Positions 1 through 11,110 of a stretch of DNA of 64,000 bases are shown here, piece after piece. The notes under the pieces are model-generated. The model did not search any database. It was given only the letters and a program-made list of their open reading frames with translations, and was not told the DNA's origin. Numbering within the stretch: the first letter of the stretch is position 1; each line of letters starts with the position of its first letter. A program made the position numbers and the translations under genes. Source of the DNA: Okamejei kenojei. Taxonomy: Eukaryota. Location of the stretch: positions 15,996,001 through 16,060,000 of the forward strand of contig CM069145.1 of the NCBI GenBank assembly GCA_035221665.1, given 5' to 3'.

Positions 1-32
1 TAAGGCAGGGGACACAATCCTGCAATTCTCAT

Positions 33-352
33 AGTCACACAGTATGGAAACAGGCCCTTTGGCCTAACTTGTCCACACCAACCACGATATCCCATCTATA
101 CTATACTGTGTTTGGTGCATACCTTCCTAAACCTTTCCTTTCAATGACTTTTAAATGTTGTAATAGTACATGCCAACTACTGTACCTACTCTGGCAGCTC
201 ATTCCATATACCCAACCCCCTTTGGGTGAAGAAAAGTTGTCCCTCAGGTTCCTATTAAATCTTTCCCTTCTCACCCTAAATCTATGCCCTCTGTTTCTTG
301 ATGTTCCTACTCTGGGTAAAAGACTGTGCATTTACCCTACCTATTCCCCTCT
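33..352 (-). mobile_element. CR1/HER1-type LINE 3' fragment
   Basis: Minus ORF 101-331 has the CR1 ORF2 C-terminal motif (SRNRGHRFRVRRERFNRNLRDNF), followed by the typical elasmobranch tail (reverse of GGGCCTGTTTCCATACTGTGTGACT). Confidence 0.85.
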
Positions 353-708
353 CCTTGCAGTTGCAACTGAGAAGCACCCAATGGAGGAGTTGCTCCCAAA
401 TAGTGAAATGAACAGGGAGCAGTTGAAACAATTGTTAATATTTCTCTAATATTTATGTCTCATACTATTGTCCATTAAGCCCACTGGCTACACTCCTGTT
501 CCTAGCATTTCTTCTGCTTCTGATACCATGTCCTTACAGCACAGGCTCTGGAAATGAGTTAGTTAAAGGCTCTCTGCAGCCTCAGATCTGCAGCAGACGC
601 TGACAATTCGGCCACTGTGCATCCAGTGAGGACACTGATTTAATAATTTCCTTACGGTATTAGGATCTTATCTATCACTGCCTTTCCAGATGGATTGGAA
701 GAGTGAAC

Positions 709-921
709 GAGGGTGGTGAATCTGTGGAATTATTTGCCACAGAAGGCTGTGGACGCCAAGTCAGCGGATATTTTTAAGGCAGGGATAGACAGATTCTTGA
801 TTAGTACAGGTGTCAGGGGTTATGGGGATAATGAGGGAGAGATGGATCAGCCACGATTGGATGGCGGAGTAGACTCGGTGGGCCGAATGGCCTAATTCTA
901 CTCCTATCATTCATGACCTTA
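709..921 (+). mobile_element. CR1-type LINE 3' end
   Basis: RVVNLWNYLPQKAVDAKSADIFKAGIDRFL plus tail GGGCCGAATGGCCTAATTCTACTCCTAT. Confidence 0.9.
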
Positions 922-1245
922 CGTATGTGGTAGGAAGCAGACATTTTATTCATCTTCCTCTCCCCTATGGTAGGGGAGAGGAAGAGAGTGGATGGTGGTA
1001 CAATTGTTCAAACACCTGCCCACCATGCTGCTCCTTCACCCGCTCATAACCACTGCCGCTTTTCCTCCTAAATTAGAGGAAGAGGCAAAGTTTTCGCAAA
1101 GCTCTACATGAGTAATTCTGCCGGACCTGAGCCCCAGCAATAGGTTCCACCCTACACAGTTGACAAAATTCCACTTACTCTGCCACTGTAACACATAGAC
1201 CGTGTCGATGCCTGACTGCGATTCCACTCAGGGCACCGCTCCATT

Positions 1246-1680
1246 GAAACCTAGAAATAGGTGCAGGAGCAGGCCATTCAGCCCTTCTAGCCAGCACCGC
1301 CATTCAATATGATCATGGCTGATCATCCAAAATCAGTATCCTGTTCCTGCTTTCTCCCCATATCCCTTGATTCTATTAGTCCTAAGAGCTAAATCTAAAT
1401 CTTTCTTGAAAACATCCAGTGAATTGTCCTCCACTGCCTTCTGTGGCAGAGAATTCCACAGATTCACAACTCTCTGGGTGAAAAGTATTTTCCTCATCTC
1501 AGTCCTAAATGGGCTATTCTTTATTCTTAAACTGTGACCCCCTGGTTCTGGACTCCCCCAATATTGGGATTTTTTTTTCCTGCATCTATCCTGTCCAATC
1601 CCTTAAGAATGTTATATGTTTCGATAAGATTCCTTCTCATCTTTCCAAATTCCAGTGAATTCTCATCCTTCTAAATTCCG
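1246..1680 (-). mobile_element. CR1-type LINE 3' end
   Basis: Reverse complement of the same family (GAATTCCACAGATTCACAACTCTCTGGGTGAAAAAG; tail AGGCCATTCAGCCC). Confidence 0.85.
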
Positions 1681-3763
1681 AGTCCAGCATTTGTCTCGTA
1701 ATTGGCAAATGCAATTTTTTTTTCCTCGTTTCATGGTGCAAATGTAACAGACGTCGAAGCAAGGTCTTTACCTGAGGGACTGAGAAGATGGGGGCTGGTG
1801 AAGAAACAAAATCGCTGGTTTTCTTTGTTTTGGCAGATTGAGCTCCAGACCTCAGCAGGTGACACACAGGTCCACCCTGCCTCCTGCTGCTAGGACCCTG
1901 GTGGAACTACTGCAAAGTGTCAGTCACCATGTTATGTGGGGCCCGATATGAATATACATTAAAATCAGCATTGATCTGAACAGAAATTGTAAAATGTATG
2001 TCAACTGATTTTCTTTCCCCAACAGAAGCCCTGACAAAATGTGACGGCTTTGTAGTTCATGAAAATGCTGCATATTTTCCCTCTTTGTGTAGTGCGGTTT
2101 ATAAATTTGGGATGCAATTGAAACTGTTTGCTTAGTCAAACCCAATATAAAGCACGATAAGTCATGCAACATAAAACGGATTTCAGCTGTGTATATTATG
2201 CTGGATGTCGTGGGCAAAATTCTGAGTGAAGGGGAGAACAAGGACAGCCAAACAAAAAGGCAATGCTTCTTTGGTTCCAGTATGTCTTATTGGCAATGAT
2301 GGAGAGACATCAAAGCTGGCCTTGAATGGGTTGTAATTGTTTTAATTTCTTGCCACATCAGGATTTGGAGTTGCAGTCATCTGCTCTATATTCTACCTGC
2401 ACTGTTCCCAGTGCCCGGGACTCATTACTGCGAGCCACACTTTGTGGCTATGTGGGTCCATGCAAATCATTTGTCAGATTGATCTGCAGTAAGTCAGAGT
2501 GTGGAAATACAATGTGCACCCATGTTACAGTGGTTCGGGTAATGGAAAGTTGACCTTGGGGAATTCACAAAGCACTGCCAAAAAAACTTGAATTGCGGAA
2601 TAAAAAATTGCTCTTATGGAGTTTGTGCGTGCCTAAAATAACGGAATAAACACAAAATGCAAAATAAATAACTTTTGTGATATGGACAGCTTTCTAGAAA
2701 TGTGAAATGCTTTGAAATGCAGGAGTGATATGGCACTTGAGAATTTCAATTAACATGAACAAGCGGCATAGTTGTGCAAATCTACTGGTTTTAAAACTCT
2801 TCCCTGATGTTTAAAATTCCCTCATGATTTTTCTTCTCCAGATTGGAATTTCTACCTTAAATTTCTCCACTTCTTTGCTCAGGAACAACCTATTTGACCA
2901 AACGTCTAACCTAAAAGCACCTACTTTGACTAAAAGTGTTTTTAGTCTTGATGAAACTCCTGAGGACATTTTACCGTGATAAAGTTACAATGAGATGCGT
3001 GAGCTGTTGTAAACATTTGTGAGATATGGATGGAAAAGTAATGGACAAATTAATCACAATTAATTTGTGCACACTGCATAAACTAACACTGGACACCAAG
3101 AGTTTAGATAAAACATCATATGTGAATTTCCACTACCAGGTACAGTCCAATCTTCCTACAACTTTGTCAAAGCTGGACGCATACAACCCATGTAAAAGGG
3201 AAGCTATTTTCACGGCATGGGAACCATGCAAAAACCATCTTAGTAATCTCAATCACAAGCTCTTCTCGCAACCTCTTCAACTATTTTCCCAGCTCCCATT
3301 TACAAGTTATCGCTCAAGTTACCTTGACCAGCATTCAGGTATTATATTCTGGATCCTAGCAAATCTGTGTAAAAAAGTACTCCTTTTGCCAAATATCTTA
3401 ACCTTGTCTCGGATTTCAGTCACCCACCTTTCTGCGACTTGAAAATGTTCTTTAGTTACTGCATAAAATCCTTCATGACTTTGAACATGTCTTTCTCTTT
3501 CCCATTACTCTTTACATCTCCCCATATTTTTCTAAGTGATAGTTTTGTTGAGGGAGTGACTCATTGAGAATGGGGAATGCTACAAGTGTGTTGAAAATCT
3601 AGGCGTCAGCTTATCACTCCCAGGTTTGCTGCCAATTTATCTTCTGTGGATATCTGACAACCCCCACAATACTGAGCTTGGTCATGGTGTGTGGTTACGC
3701 AGAGGGGAGAGGGACAGAGAATGCAAGGATGTCCGTGTGCACAAAGAAATAGTTGTACAATAC

Positions 3764-3910
3764 TCATAAGGTCATAAATTATAGGAGCAGAATTAGGCCA
3801 TTCGGCCCATCGTCTAATCCGCCATTCAATTATGGCTGATCTATCTCTCCCTCCTAACCCCATTCTCCTGCCTTCTCCCCAGAACAGCTGACACCCGTAT
3901 AAAATCAAGA
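3764..3910 (-). mobile_element. CR1 3' UTR fragment
   Basis: ATAGGAGCAGAATTAGGCCATTCGGCCC...CCTGCCTTCTCCCC is the reverse complement of the tails at 709-921 and 55461-55590. Confidence 0.8.
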
Positions 3911-4204
3911 ATACTGACACATGATCTCTGGAGAAGAAGCCCAAATGGGGTACATTTGTCACAATCTCAGCACTTAAAACTATATAACGAGAGTAAGACA
4001 TGGAAAATTGTCATTGGCAGGAATAGCAGGTCCTGAGCTAAATCGGTAATCCAGATGCCGCCTGCTCACTCAGATACTTAAATTACAGCAGAACACATCA
4101 AAACCCCATGGCAGCCTCCTCATGCCCCATCAGACCCACAAAGGTGCTCTGGAAAACAATCCTTGACTCCATGAAATTACCAATGAATGACTATTTTAAT
4201 TACA

Positions 4205-4480
4205 GCGTTCAAAGAGAAACTCCAAACATAGAGTATGAAGGCATGTGAAATGGAATACTTTATTGGCACATGTGACTAGGCACACTGAGATTCTTTGCTT
4301 GTCTCCCCAAAGTATACAAAAATAGCGGCCACCTACGGCACTGACAATAGTTACAAAGTACACCCGCCGGCTCCTCCTTTGTCCTTCCCCCACATCCCCC
4401 TCTCCCCCCCCCCCCCCCCCCCCCTCCCCCCCCCCCCCCTCTTCAGCGGTTCTCCCACGCCAGGTCCTCCTGCCTTGGGT
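4205..4480. repeat. Unclassified interspersed repeat fragment with long poly-C tract (about 4404-4439)
   Basis: TTTATT-led, retroposon-tail-like start on plus, then a C homopolymer; family not identified. Confidence 0.4.
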
Positions 4481-4949
4481 GATGGAGACAGGGATCAATG
4501 AAATCAAAGACAGTGCATGAGTTCAGTGACACCTCGCTGGTTGTGGGAATGTAATGATCTGGCCTAAAATTTACAACCCTTCAAATCCTCTACACTTCGA
4601 TATCTAAGGAGAGCTGGAAGGTTTTTTGGCCAGAGCCCATGGAATGTCTGCCCTTCACATGACGCAAGAATGTAAGCTAGCTGGACAGAATGAAACTTCT
4701 ACTTTGCCATTAATTCAAATATATTCCTTTTTTCTCTGCTCCATCAAATCTGTCCATTACCTCCTCTATTAATGTGATACTGCTAGCATCCTCTTCTATA
4801 GTAAAATCACACATTTTCTCACATCAACATTCTCTCAATTAAACTTCATCTGTCCCATCACTTTCTTTCGTGAAGACTTTTAGAAAGCACTCATTTAGTT
4901 CCCCCACCATCTCCTCTGCCTCCATGGAAAGAGTGATGAATCTAATCAC

Positions 4950-5194
4950 TGTTTAAGAAGGAACTGCGAATGCTGGTAAAAGGAAGCCAGACAAAAGTGC
5001 TGGAGAAATCAGCGGGTGAGGCAGCGTCTATGGAGCGAAGGAAATAGGCAACGTTTCAGGCCAAAACCCTTCTTCAGACAGAAGAACCCTTCTTCTTCTG
5101 AAGAAGAAGGGTTTTGGCACGAAACATTGCCTATTTCCTTCGCTCCATAGATGCTGCCTCACCCGCTGAGTTTCTCCAGCAGTTTTGTCTACCT
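4950..5194. mobile_element. Penelope-like-element (PLE) terminal repeat pair in inverted arrangement, with 14-bp target-site duplication
   Basis: Two inverted copies of CTGAAGAAGGG...GAAAC(G/A)TTGCCTATTTCCTTCGCTCCATAGA; ATGAATCTAATCAC at 4936-4949 and 5195-5208. Confidence 0.85.
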
Positions 5195-5805
5195 ATGAAT
5201 CTAATCACCTTTAGTTTGATTATCCATTTACAGTTCATTTATTTTTGAAAGGCTTGGGATGCCCCGTTCCTTTTTTTTAAATTTGGAGATGGAAATCATG
5301 TGCATTCACTCCGAGTTATGAGGTGACCGATGAAGCCAATGTGGGAACCATAGGCACTTCCACAGAAGTGGTTGGTATCTGATAGTTATAGATAGATAGC
5401 TATCTATCTCTCAATACTGTTCTGAAAGCCCCCCTGGCCATAGGTCAGAGACTCTGAGGAATCAGTGGGGATGTTGCACTTCTGCAGGGAATCCTTCAAT
5501 CTTTTCATCTGTCTGCCTGCTCATCTCTTCCTGCGACAGAAGGCAAAGATATAATGTCATTTTTATAAAGCACCGTTCAGGTAAATTATGGTCAATTTGC
5601 AACATTACATTGCAAACTCAAATTCAAGGGCTCAGCGAGAGAGGGCAGTAGAAATATTTAAGGATTATGGCTGGGATGCATTGTTTTTGGTAATGTGGGG
5701 AGAAGAGAGGTTGTCCTCAGAACAGAATGTTCAAAATCATGAAGGATTTTGATTGAATACATGAGAAATTGTTTTCAATGGGAAAATGGGAACATTTAAT
5801 ATGCA

Positions 5806-6120
5806 TGGAAACATAAGCATTAGGCGCTGGAATATGCCCTCTGACCCTTCAAACCTGTTCTGCCATTCATCAACATCATGGGTGATTTTCTACTTCAGAA
5901 ATTTATTGATCACATTTTGAATGAACTCAGTGACAGCCTCTGCAGCCTGCGGAGGAGAATTCCAAGAGGCTCTCCGCCTTCCGTGTGAAGAACATTTGTT
6001 CATCTCCGTCCTACATGGCCTACATCCTATTCTGAGACTCGACTCCTCTATCACAGCTAACACATGTTTCTGCATCCATCTTCTAGACGTCTGTGAGAAT
6101 TTAAGTTTCAATAAGATCTC
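5806..6120 (-). mobile_element. Decayed CR1 3' end
   Basis: Minus translation RASWNSPPQAAEAV resembles the CR1 WNSLPQxAVEA motif; tail present. Confidence 0.7.
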
Positions 6121-7567
6121 AAGAATATANNNNNNNNNNNNNNNNNNNNNNNNNNNNNNNNNNNNNNNNNNNNNNNNNNNNNNNNNNNNNNNNNNNNNNN
6201 NNNNNNNNNNNNNNNNNNNNNNNNNNNNNNNNNNNNNNNNNNNNNNNNNNNNNNNNNNNNNNNNNNNNNNNNNNNNNNNNNNNNNNNNNNNNNNNNNTTT
6301 GGGCATCTTTTCTATTTGTGCAAAAACGGTAAGCAATAGTGCTGTGATTTTTGATCAGTTCACTCACTGTTCTCCTGTGATGCGAGTCCGATCGGTAGTA
6401 TATTGTAAAAGTAAGTGTGGTTTAAAAATTGTAAAAACCGCACGTGCGCAGATCGATCTCCTCTCCTGCCAGTCAGCGCCGCACGGATTGGTCTCTTCTC
6501 CTGTCACACACTGGGATGTTCCGCCCCTTCCTGGGCCATCGCATCTTTACTGGAGCTGAGGGACACTGCGGGTGGCCGGCGGAAGTCTCCAACAATTTTC
6601 GGAGGGACTGGAAGCGGCCCTGCCCAGACCTACTTGCGCAAAAATGCAGTTGGAGATGTCGCCAAACGGAAAGCGGTGACTCTGATCCCGGCGGAGGAGA
6701 ACGTCCAGCCCCTCTGTGAGTCACAAACGCACCGCCATCGCAATGCCCCGCAGCTCCAGCCCCTTCCCGTCTGGTCCCCCTCGCCCCCATGGCTCTTCCC
6801 CCCTCTTTTCTCCGAGCTCTCCCCTCACTCCCACGCCGGCCGTAGCTACTGATGCTTCCGGGCTGAGCCGAGGATCTGAGGCCTGGCTCTAAGGGTGCCG
6901 ATGGCTGATGCTCCTCCAGGGCACGCAAGAAGGGAGAGGAGCGGCAACCTCACGATCCTGGGGAGGGAGAGTAGGGGAGAGGGGATAGGGGGAGAGGAAG
7001 GGGTAGTGGGAGAGGAGTTATGGAGGGAAGGAGGGAGGGATTGACTGAGGTTAGGGAAAAGGAGAGGCAGGGTAGAGATTGGGGGAGGGGAGGAGGAGAG
7101 GGAAAGGAAGAGGGAGGAGGTGAGGAGGGTGACTGGGGGAGGAGAGGGAATAGATGGAGAGGAGGGGGGGAGTGGGGGGGAGGGGTTGAGTGGGGGGGTA
7201 GGGAGTGGGGAATAGAGGGAGTGGAGGGCAGTGGGGAAGGTGAGGAGGGATAGTGGGGGGGATATGGGAGGTGAAGAGTGGGGGAGGTAGAGGGATAGGA
7301 GGGGAGAGGGGAGAGGAGTTATGGAGGGATGGAGGGAGTGACTGAGGGTAGGGGAAAGGAGGGGGAGAGAGGTGAGGGAGGGATTGGGGGAGAGGAGGAG
7401 GGGAAGGAGAAGAAGAGTGAGGGTGAAGAGGAGGGGGAGAGAGTGCTAGGGATGAGGGGAAATGAGCTGCGCCTGTGCAGTTGGGGGCTATGGGTGGGTG
7501 GTGGAATATTACGTTGGGGGACCAAGCCTCCTGTGTGACAGGGACCCAACAGGTCCCACTTAGTCTA
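6121..7567 (-). mobile_element. Probable non-autonomous Helentron/DINE-like (HINE) element with GC-rich core and G/A-rich tract
   Basis: Minus 5' end TAGACTAAGTGGGACCTGTTGGGTCCC (sub-terminal hairpin), purine tract about 6960-7460, CpG-rich body; the far end falls in an N block. Classification by resemblance only. Confidence 0.5.
6130..6297. other. N block (168 nt)
   Basis: Run of N; lies at the end of a repeat. Confidence 1.
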
Positions 7568-8158
7568 ACTCATAACCTGCCGTCCCAGGAACCAGTCTGA
7601 TGATCTTCATTGTACGTTCCCCTATGTCGTGTATACAGTAACATTCTGGGCAACAAAACCAAATCTGTACGCAATACATCAGGCACGCTGATCAAAGCCC
7701 TATATAATTGCAAAAGAGTAATGCAATGAACCATACTGCACCCCTGAGAGAGTGAATGGAAACCATTTCATTCATAAGTTTGGAAGGGGATTAGATAAAT
7801 AATCAAACAGGAAAGAAAAAGGTGGAGCACTGTGGGCAAAGAGATTAATAAAACAGTTCTTCCCAAGCGCTTGTGCGGGGATGAGAACTCACATTGTCTC
7901 TAGTGAATCGTTCGAAGAATCCATCGTCTAGAAATTAATTTGTACATTCAAAACATGCGAAAATGCCACTACTTCGGGGAACCACACCAGTTTGTTCCAT
8001 TGCTGACAGCGTATCATTTTTTTTGCACTAAGAAGGCACTAATCGCACAATTTTTTGCCATTGGAGCACATTAATTTTATGTCTTCCATGCACCAGCTGA
8101 AAGTAGCCTGCATTGGTTAACAGGTTTAATGCTTCAGATCAATCACAATTCCTCACTT

Positions 8159-8290
8159 CTGATGAAGGGTCATTGACCTTAAACGCTAACCCTTTTTCTT
8201 TCGCCACCAATGTCCCCTGATCAGCTGAGCACTTCTAGCATTCTCGGGTTTATTTCAGCCCTCCAGCCTCCGCAGTGCTTTTCTTCTGTG
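8159..8290 (+). mobile_element. Old PLE-derived terminal repeat with degenerate hammerhead core
   Basis: CTGATGA-AGGGTCATTGACCT-TAAACG, then GCTGAGCACTTCTAGCATT...CCAGCCTCCGCAGT tail. Confidence 0.65.
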
Positions 8291-8413
8291 TTTGTTGACA
8301 CTGACTGGAACTCTTAAAGAGGAGGCAAGCTTGTTGAGTTTGAAGCGCAGTGAGCGAGAAGTTCCGAGTCGTACGACACAGAAACAAGCCCATGAGTCCA
8401 CGCTGACCAGCTG

Positions 8414-8550
8414 CTTCTTCTTGCGTATGGCGTGCACAGCCTAAAGTTGTCGGTCAACTTGTTCTATTTGATCTATTTGTCTGTGCACGTCGGGTTGATT
8501 GCATTAGTCGAAACAGGATGGACCACGTGAAGGTTGCAATCTTACACCCC
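8414..8550 (-). mobile_element. Short non-autonomous retroposon with 5' HDV-like ribozyme (copy 1)
   Basis: Near-identical to 59445-59578; starts GGGG, ends (AAG)3; 10-bp TSD GCTGACCAGC at 8402-8411 and 8552-8561. Confidence 0.9.
8497..8550 (-). ncRNA. Minimal HDV-like ribozyme fold (one P1 mismatch)
   Basis: P1 GGGGUG(U)/(C)CAUCCU, P2 GAUUGCA/UGCAAUC, P3 ACC/GGU, L3 UUCACGU, mini P4 U-UUCG-A, J4/2 CUAA. Confidence 0.75.
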
Positions 8551-8569
8551 AGCTGACCAGCAAGCACCT

Positions 8570-8770
8570 GTTTTTTTATTGTCCCTGTACTTCCATCATC
8601 TCCCCTCATTTCCCACCACTCACCTAAACACTAGGAGCAATTTAAATGCTGAATTAACCTACTAACCCTCACGTCTTAGGGATGTAAGAAGGTGCAAAGT
8701 CCACACAGTTAGCACTGGAGGTGTGGATTGAATTTGGTTTGATGGAGCCATGAAGTTGCAGCTCTAGTAA
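8570..8770 (-). mobile_element. Decayed V-domain SINE
   Basis: CACTAGGAGCAATTTA...AATTAACCTACTAACCCTCACGTCTT...GTGCAAAGTCCACACAG matches the intact SINE copies loosely. Confidence 0.55.
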
Positions 8771-8974
8771 CTTCAACTCACAGATTTTATGAATTCCATT
8801 CCCTTAGAATTTAATGACAAGAATTCCATTCCAATTCAGTCTGTCATGGACTGAATATTCAGTGGGGTCCTCAACTGACTTCCATTTGCCAATGCTTATG
8901 CCTCAGACTCTGCCACCATGCACTTGATTGTGTGATTGTGTCAATGCTTGTATTATGTATTGTTAAAAGCAGGG

Positions 8975-9300
8975 CTGTGGGACATGCCTAGCAGGTCAGC
9001 CTATATCAATGAAAAGAGAAATATAACCATATAACAATTAATACTGAGTCAATATCACAGATGGATGACTTACAACAAAAATGGGCAAATCTGACATGGA
9101 CAGAGAAAGCAAGTTGTCCAGTGTCGATGAATCCATTATTGAGTCCGGAAGGTTGTAACATTCCAGATGGAAGACGAGATGTTGCTCCTCAAACTTGTGT
9201 TGGGTCCCATTACAACAGCACAAGAGGCTGCGGACAGACAGACCAGCTTGACAGTGGGATGGAGAATTAAAGGGGTAACTTCTGCAGGCTGAACAAAGCT
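8975..9300 (-). mobile_element. Decayed PLE 3' ORF fragment
   Basis: Minus translation HKFEEQHLVFHL resembles the PLE C-terminal KLEEQHLIFRLG motif; homologous to 35900-36010. Confidence 0.65.
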
Positions 9301-9690
9301 CGGAATGTGTGGGGCCAGCTGCAGCGACATCGCGGAGCTCTGGTTGCGGAGCTCCCAGCACGGGCGGCGCTGACTTCAACATCGCGGAGTCCTGGGACCT
9401 TTTGCCGTGGGTCGCCAGCGTTGAATCTCCGCCCAGCGCGGCCTGTGGACTTCGGGAGCAGCGGACTCCAGTGGCCGATTCAGAGGTCCAGGCAGATGAG
9501 CATGTTCTACCTTTCGGCGTCGGGGTTCCATCGTTCCCAGGCGAGAGGGCCTGAACATCGGTCCGGCCTTAGCGGCGACTACGGGGGGCTCGGGAGGCCC
9601 CGACCACGGGTGAACATTGGGGAGCATCAGTGAGGAGGTTGACTGGACCTTGGTTCTTTCCCTCACAGTGGTGTGGTGGACTATTGTCTT
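9300..9690 (+). repeat. GC/CpG-rich interspersed repeat fragment
   Basis: Shares a GACTT(C)AACATCG(C)GGAG-type motif and composition with 60617-61020; abrupt GC boundaries. Confidence 0.6.
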
Positions 9691-9974
9691 CTGTGGTACA
9701 CAAAAAGCTGGAGAAACTCAGCGGGTTTTAAGTAGGCGACGTTTCGTTCTCATTATGTATGAGAGATAAGGAACAATCAAAAAAAGTAAGTGAAATAGCA
9801 TTTTGTTGTCTCTTAATTGAAGACAATGACAATAAATTGAATCAAATCAAATCAAATCAAAACTGGGATAATATAGAACTAGTGGAGACAGTTATTAACA
9901 CTTTGTCTACTCCACTGCGAAATCTCCTCAAGGAATGCCTACTCTGAAGAAGTTCTCCTCCTCCCTACGGAGAC

Positions 9975-10070
9975 AGTTTGAAGAAGGGTTTCAGCCCGAA
10001 ACGTTGCCTATCTCCTTCGCTCCTTAGATGCTGCTGCACCCGCTGAGTTTCTCCAGTTTTTTGTGTACCC
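9975..10070 (+). mobile_element. PLE-derived short repeat
   Basis: TTGAAGAAGGGTTTCAGCCCGAAACGTTGCCTATC...GCTGAGTTTCTCCAG; inverted partner fragment near 9696-9747. Confidence 0.8.
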
Positions 10071-10179
10071 TAGAACTGGTGTATGGTCGATCGTTGGTTG
10101 GCATCGACTCTGTGGGCCAAAGGCGGACGCTGTATCACTGAAACTAACACGTAACTATAGCAATGAAATTCGGACCCAA

Positions 10180-10530
10180 CTCCCTGTCCTTACCAAAATT
10201 GTCCTTACCAAAATGGGAAGGCACTGGTGTTCTTACACCTTATCACTCTCATACTCATTACACTGATCATCTTCCAGTTACGTAATATGGTTTTCAAACC
10301 TCATAATGATTTTTTTGCTCCATGTTTTAATAACCTCTTACAGCACCAAAATCTTCCAAGATATCGACATTCCTCTAATGCTGGCCTCTTGAACACGTTT
10401 AACCTGGAAATGCTCTACCATAGGTACAAAGGCCCCGAGTTCAGGACATCTTTTCCCAAACTTCTTTCATCCATTAATAGGCTCCATAAAACATACCTCT
10501 TTAGATAATATTTTGAACAATTAACTCAAC
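10180..10530 (+). mobile_element. Ancient L2-like LINE 3' relic
   Basis: Degenerate L2-type 3' motifs (TCCTCTAATGCTGGCCTCTTG, TAAAACATACCTCTTT). Confidence 0.4.
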
Positions 10531-10867
10531 TTCTTATTTGTTTTAGTGTCTCCTGTTTTGGCTAGATTCCATTGAAGCATTTTGGAACTTTTGCAGTGTT
10601 AAATGTGGGTAATTACACTTTCCATACAGATATAATGCAGATATACCAGCCCATAAATGCACTCCATAATCCCTCCGCATATCTACCATCTCCAACATTC
10701 ATTTTTTCAGCATAGCTTGATTGCAATCTCCCAGAGGCCTAAACTTGTAATTTCCCAGAAATTATTAGTTCAGTTTGGTGGCTGGCATGGCCCATATGTT
10801 CATCTCATCTCCTGACCTTCCCTTCTCTTCTGGCTTGCACTCATACCCAATATCAAACATTTGCCAT

Positions 10868-11110
10868 TTTTTCACCAGAGAGCTGTGAATTTGTGGAATT
10901 CCCTGCCACAGAGGGCAGTGGAGGCCAAATCACTGGATGGATTTAAGAGAGAGTTAGATAGTGCTCTAGGGGCTAGTGGAATCAAGGGATATGGGGAGAA
11001 GGCAGGCACGGGTTATTGATTGGGGACGATCAGCCATGATCACAATGAATTGCAGTGCTGGCTCGAAGGGCCGAATGACCTCCTCCTGTACCTATTTCTA
11101 TGTTTCTAGA
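10868..11110 (+). mobile_element. CR1-type LINE 3' end
   Basis: GTGAATTTGTGGAATTCCCTGCCACAGAGGGCAGTGGAGGCC...GGGCCGAATGACCTCCTCCTGTACCTATTTCTATGTTTCTA. Confidence 0.9.

Noticed and set aside
1772-1910. Possible minus-strand coding exon ending CAG|GTAAAG (...SSPAPIFSVPQ)
   Set aside because: Peptide not recognisable, acceptor ambiguous, no partner coding exons.
6415-6928. Overlapping 91-151 aa ORFs and CpG-island-like promoter
   Set aside because: Lies inside a probable mobile element; ORFs in several frames reflect GC content.
7020-7549. Gly/Glu-rich and Pro/Ser-rich ORFs
   Set aside because: Translation of a low-complexity purine tract.
9307-9666. GC-rich ORFs on both strands
   Set aside because: Interspersed repeat; no protein similarity.
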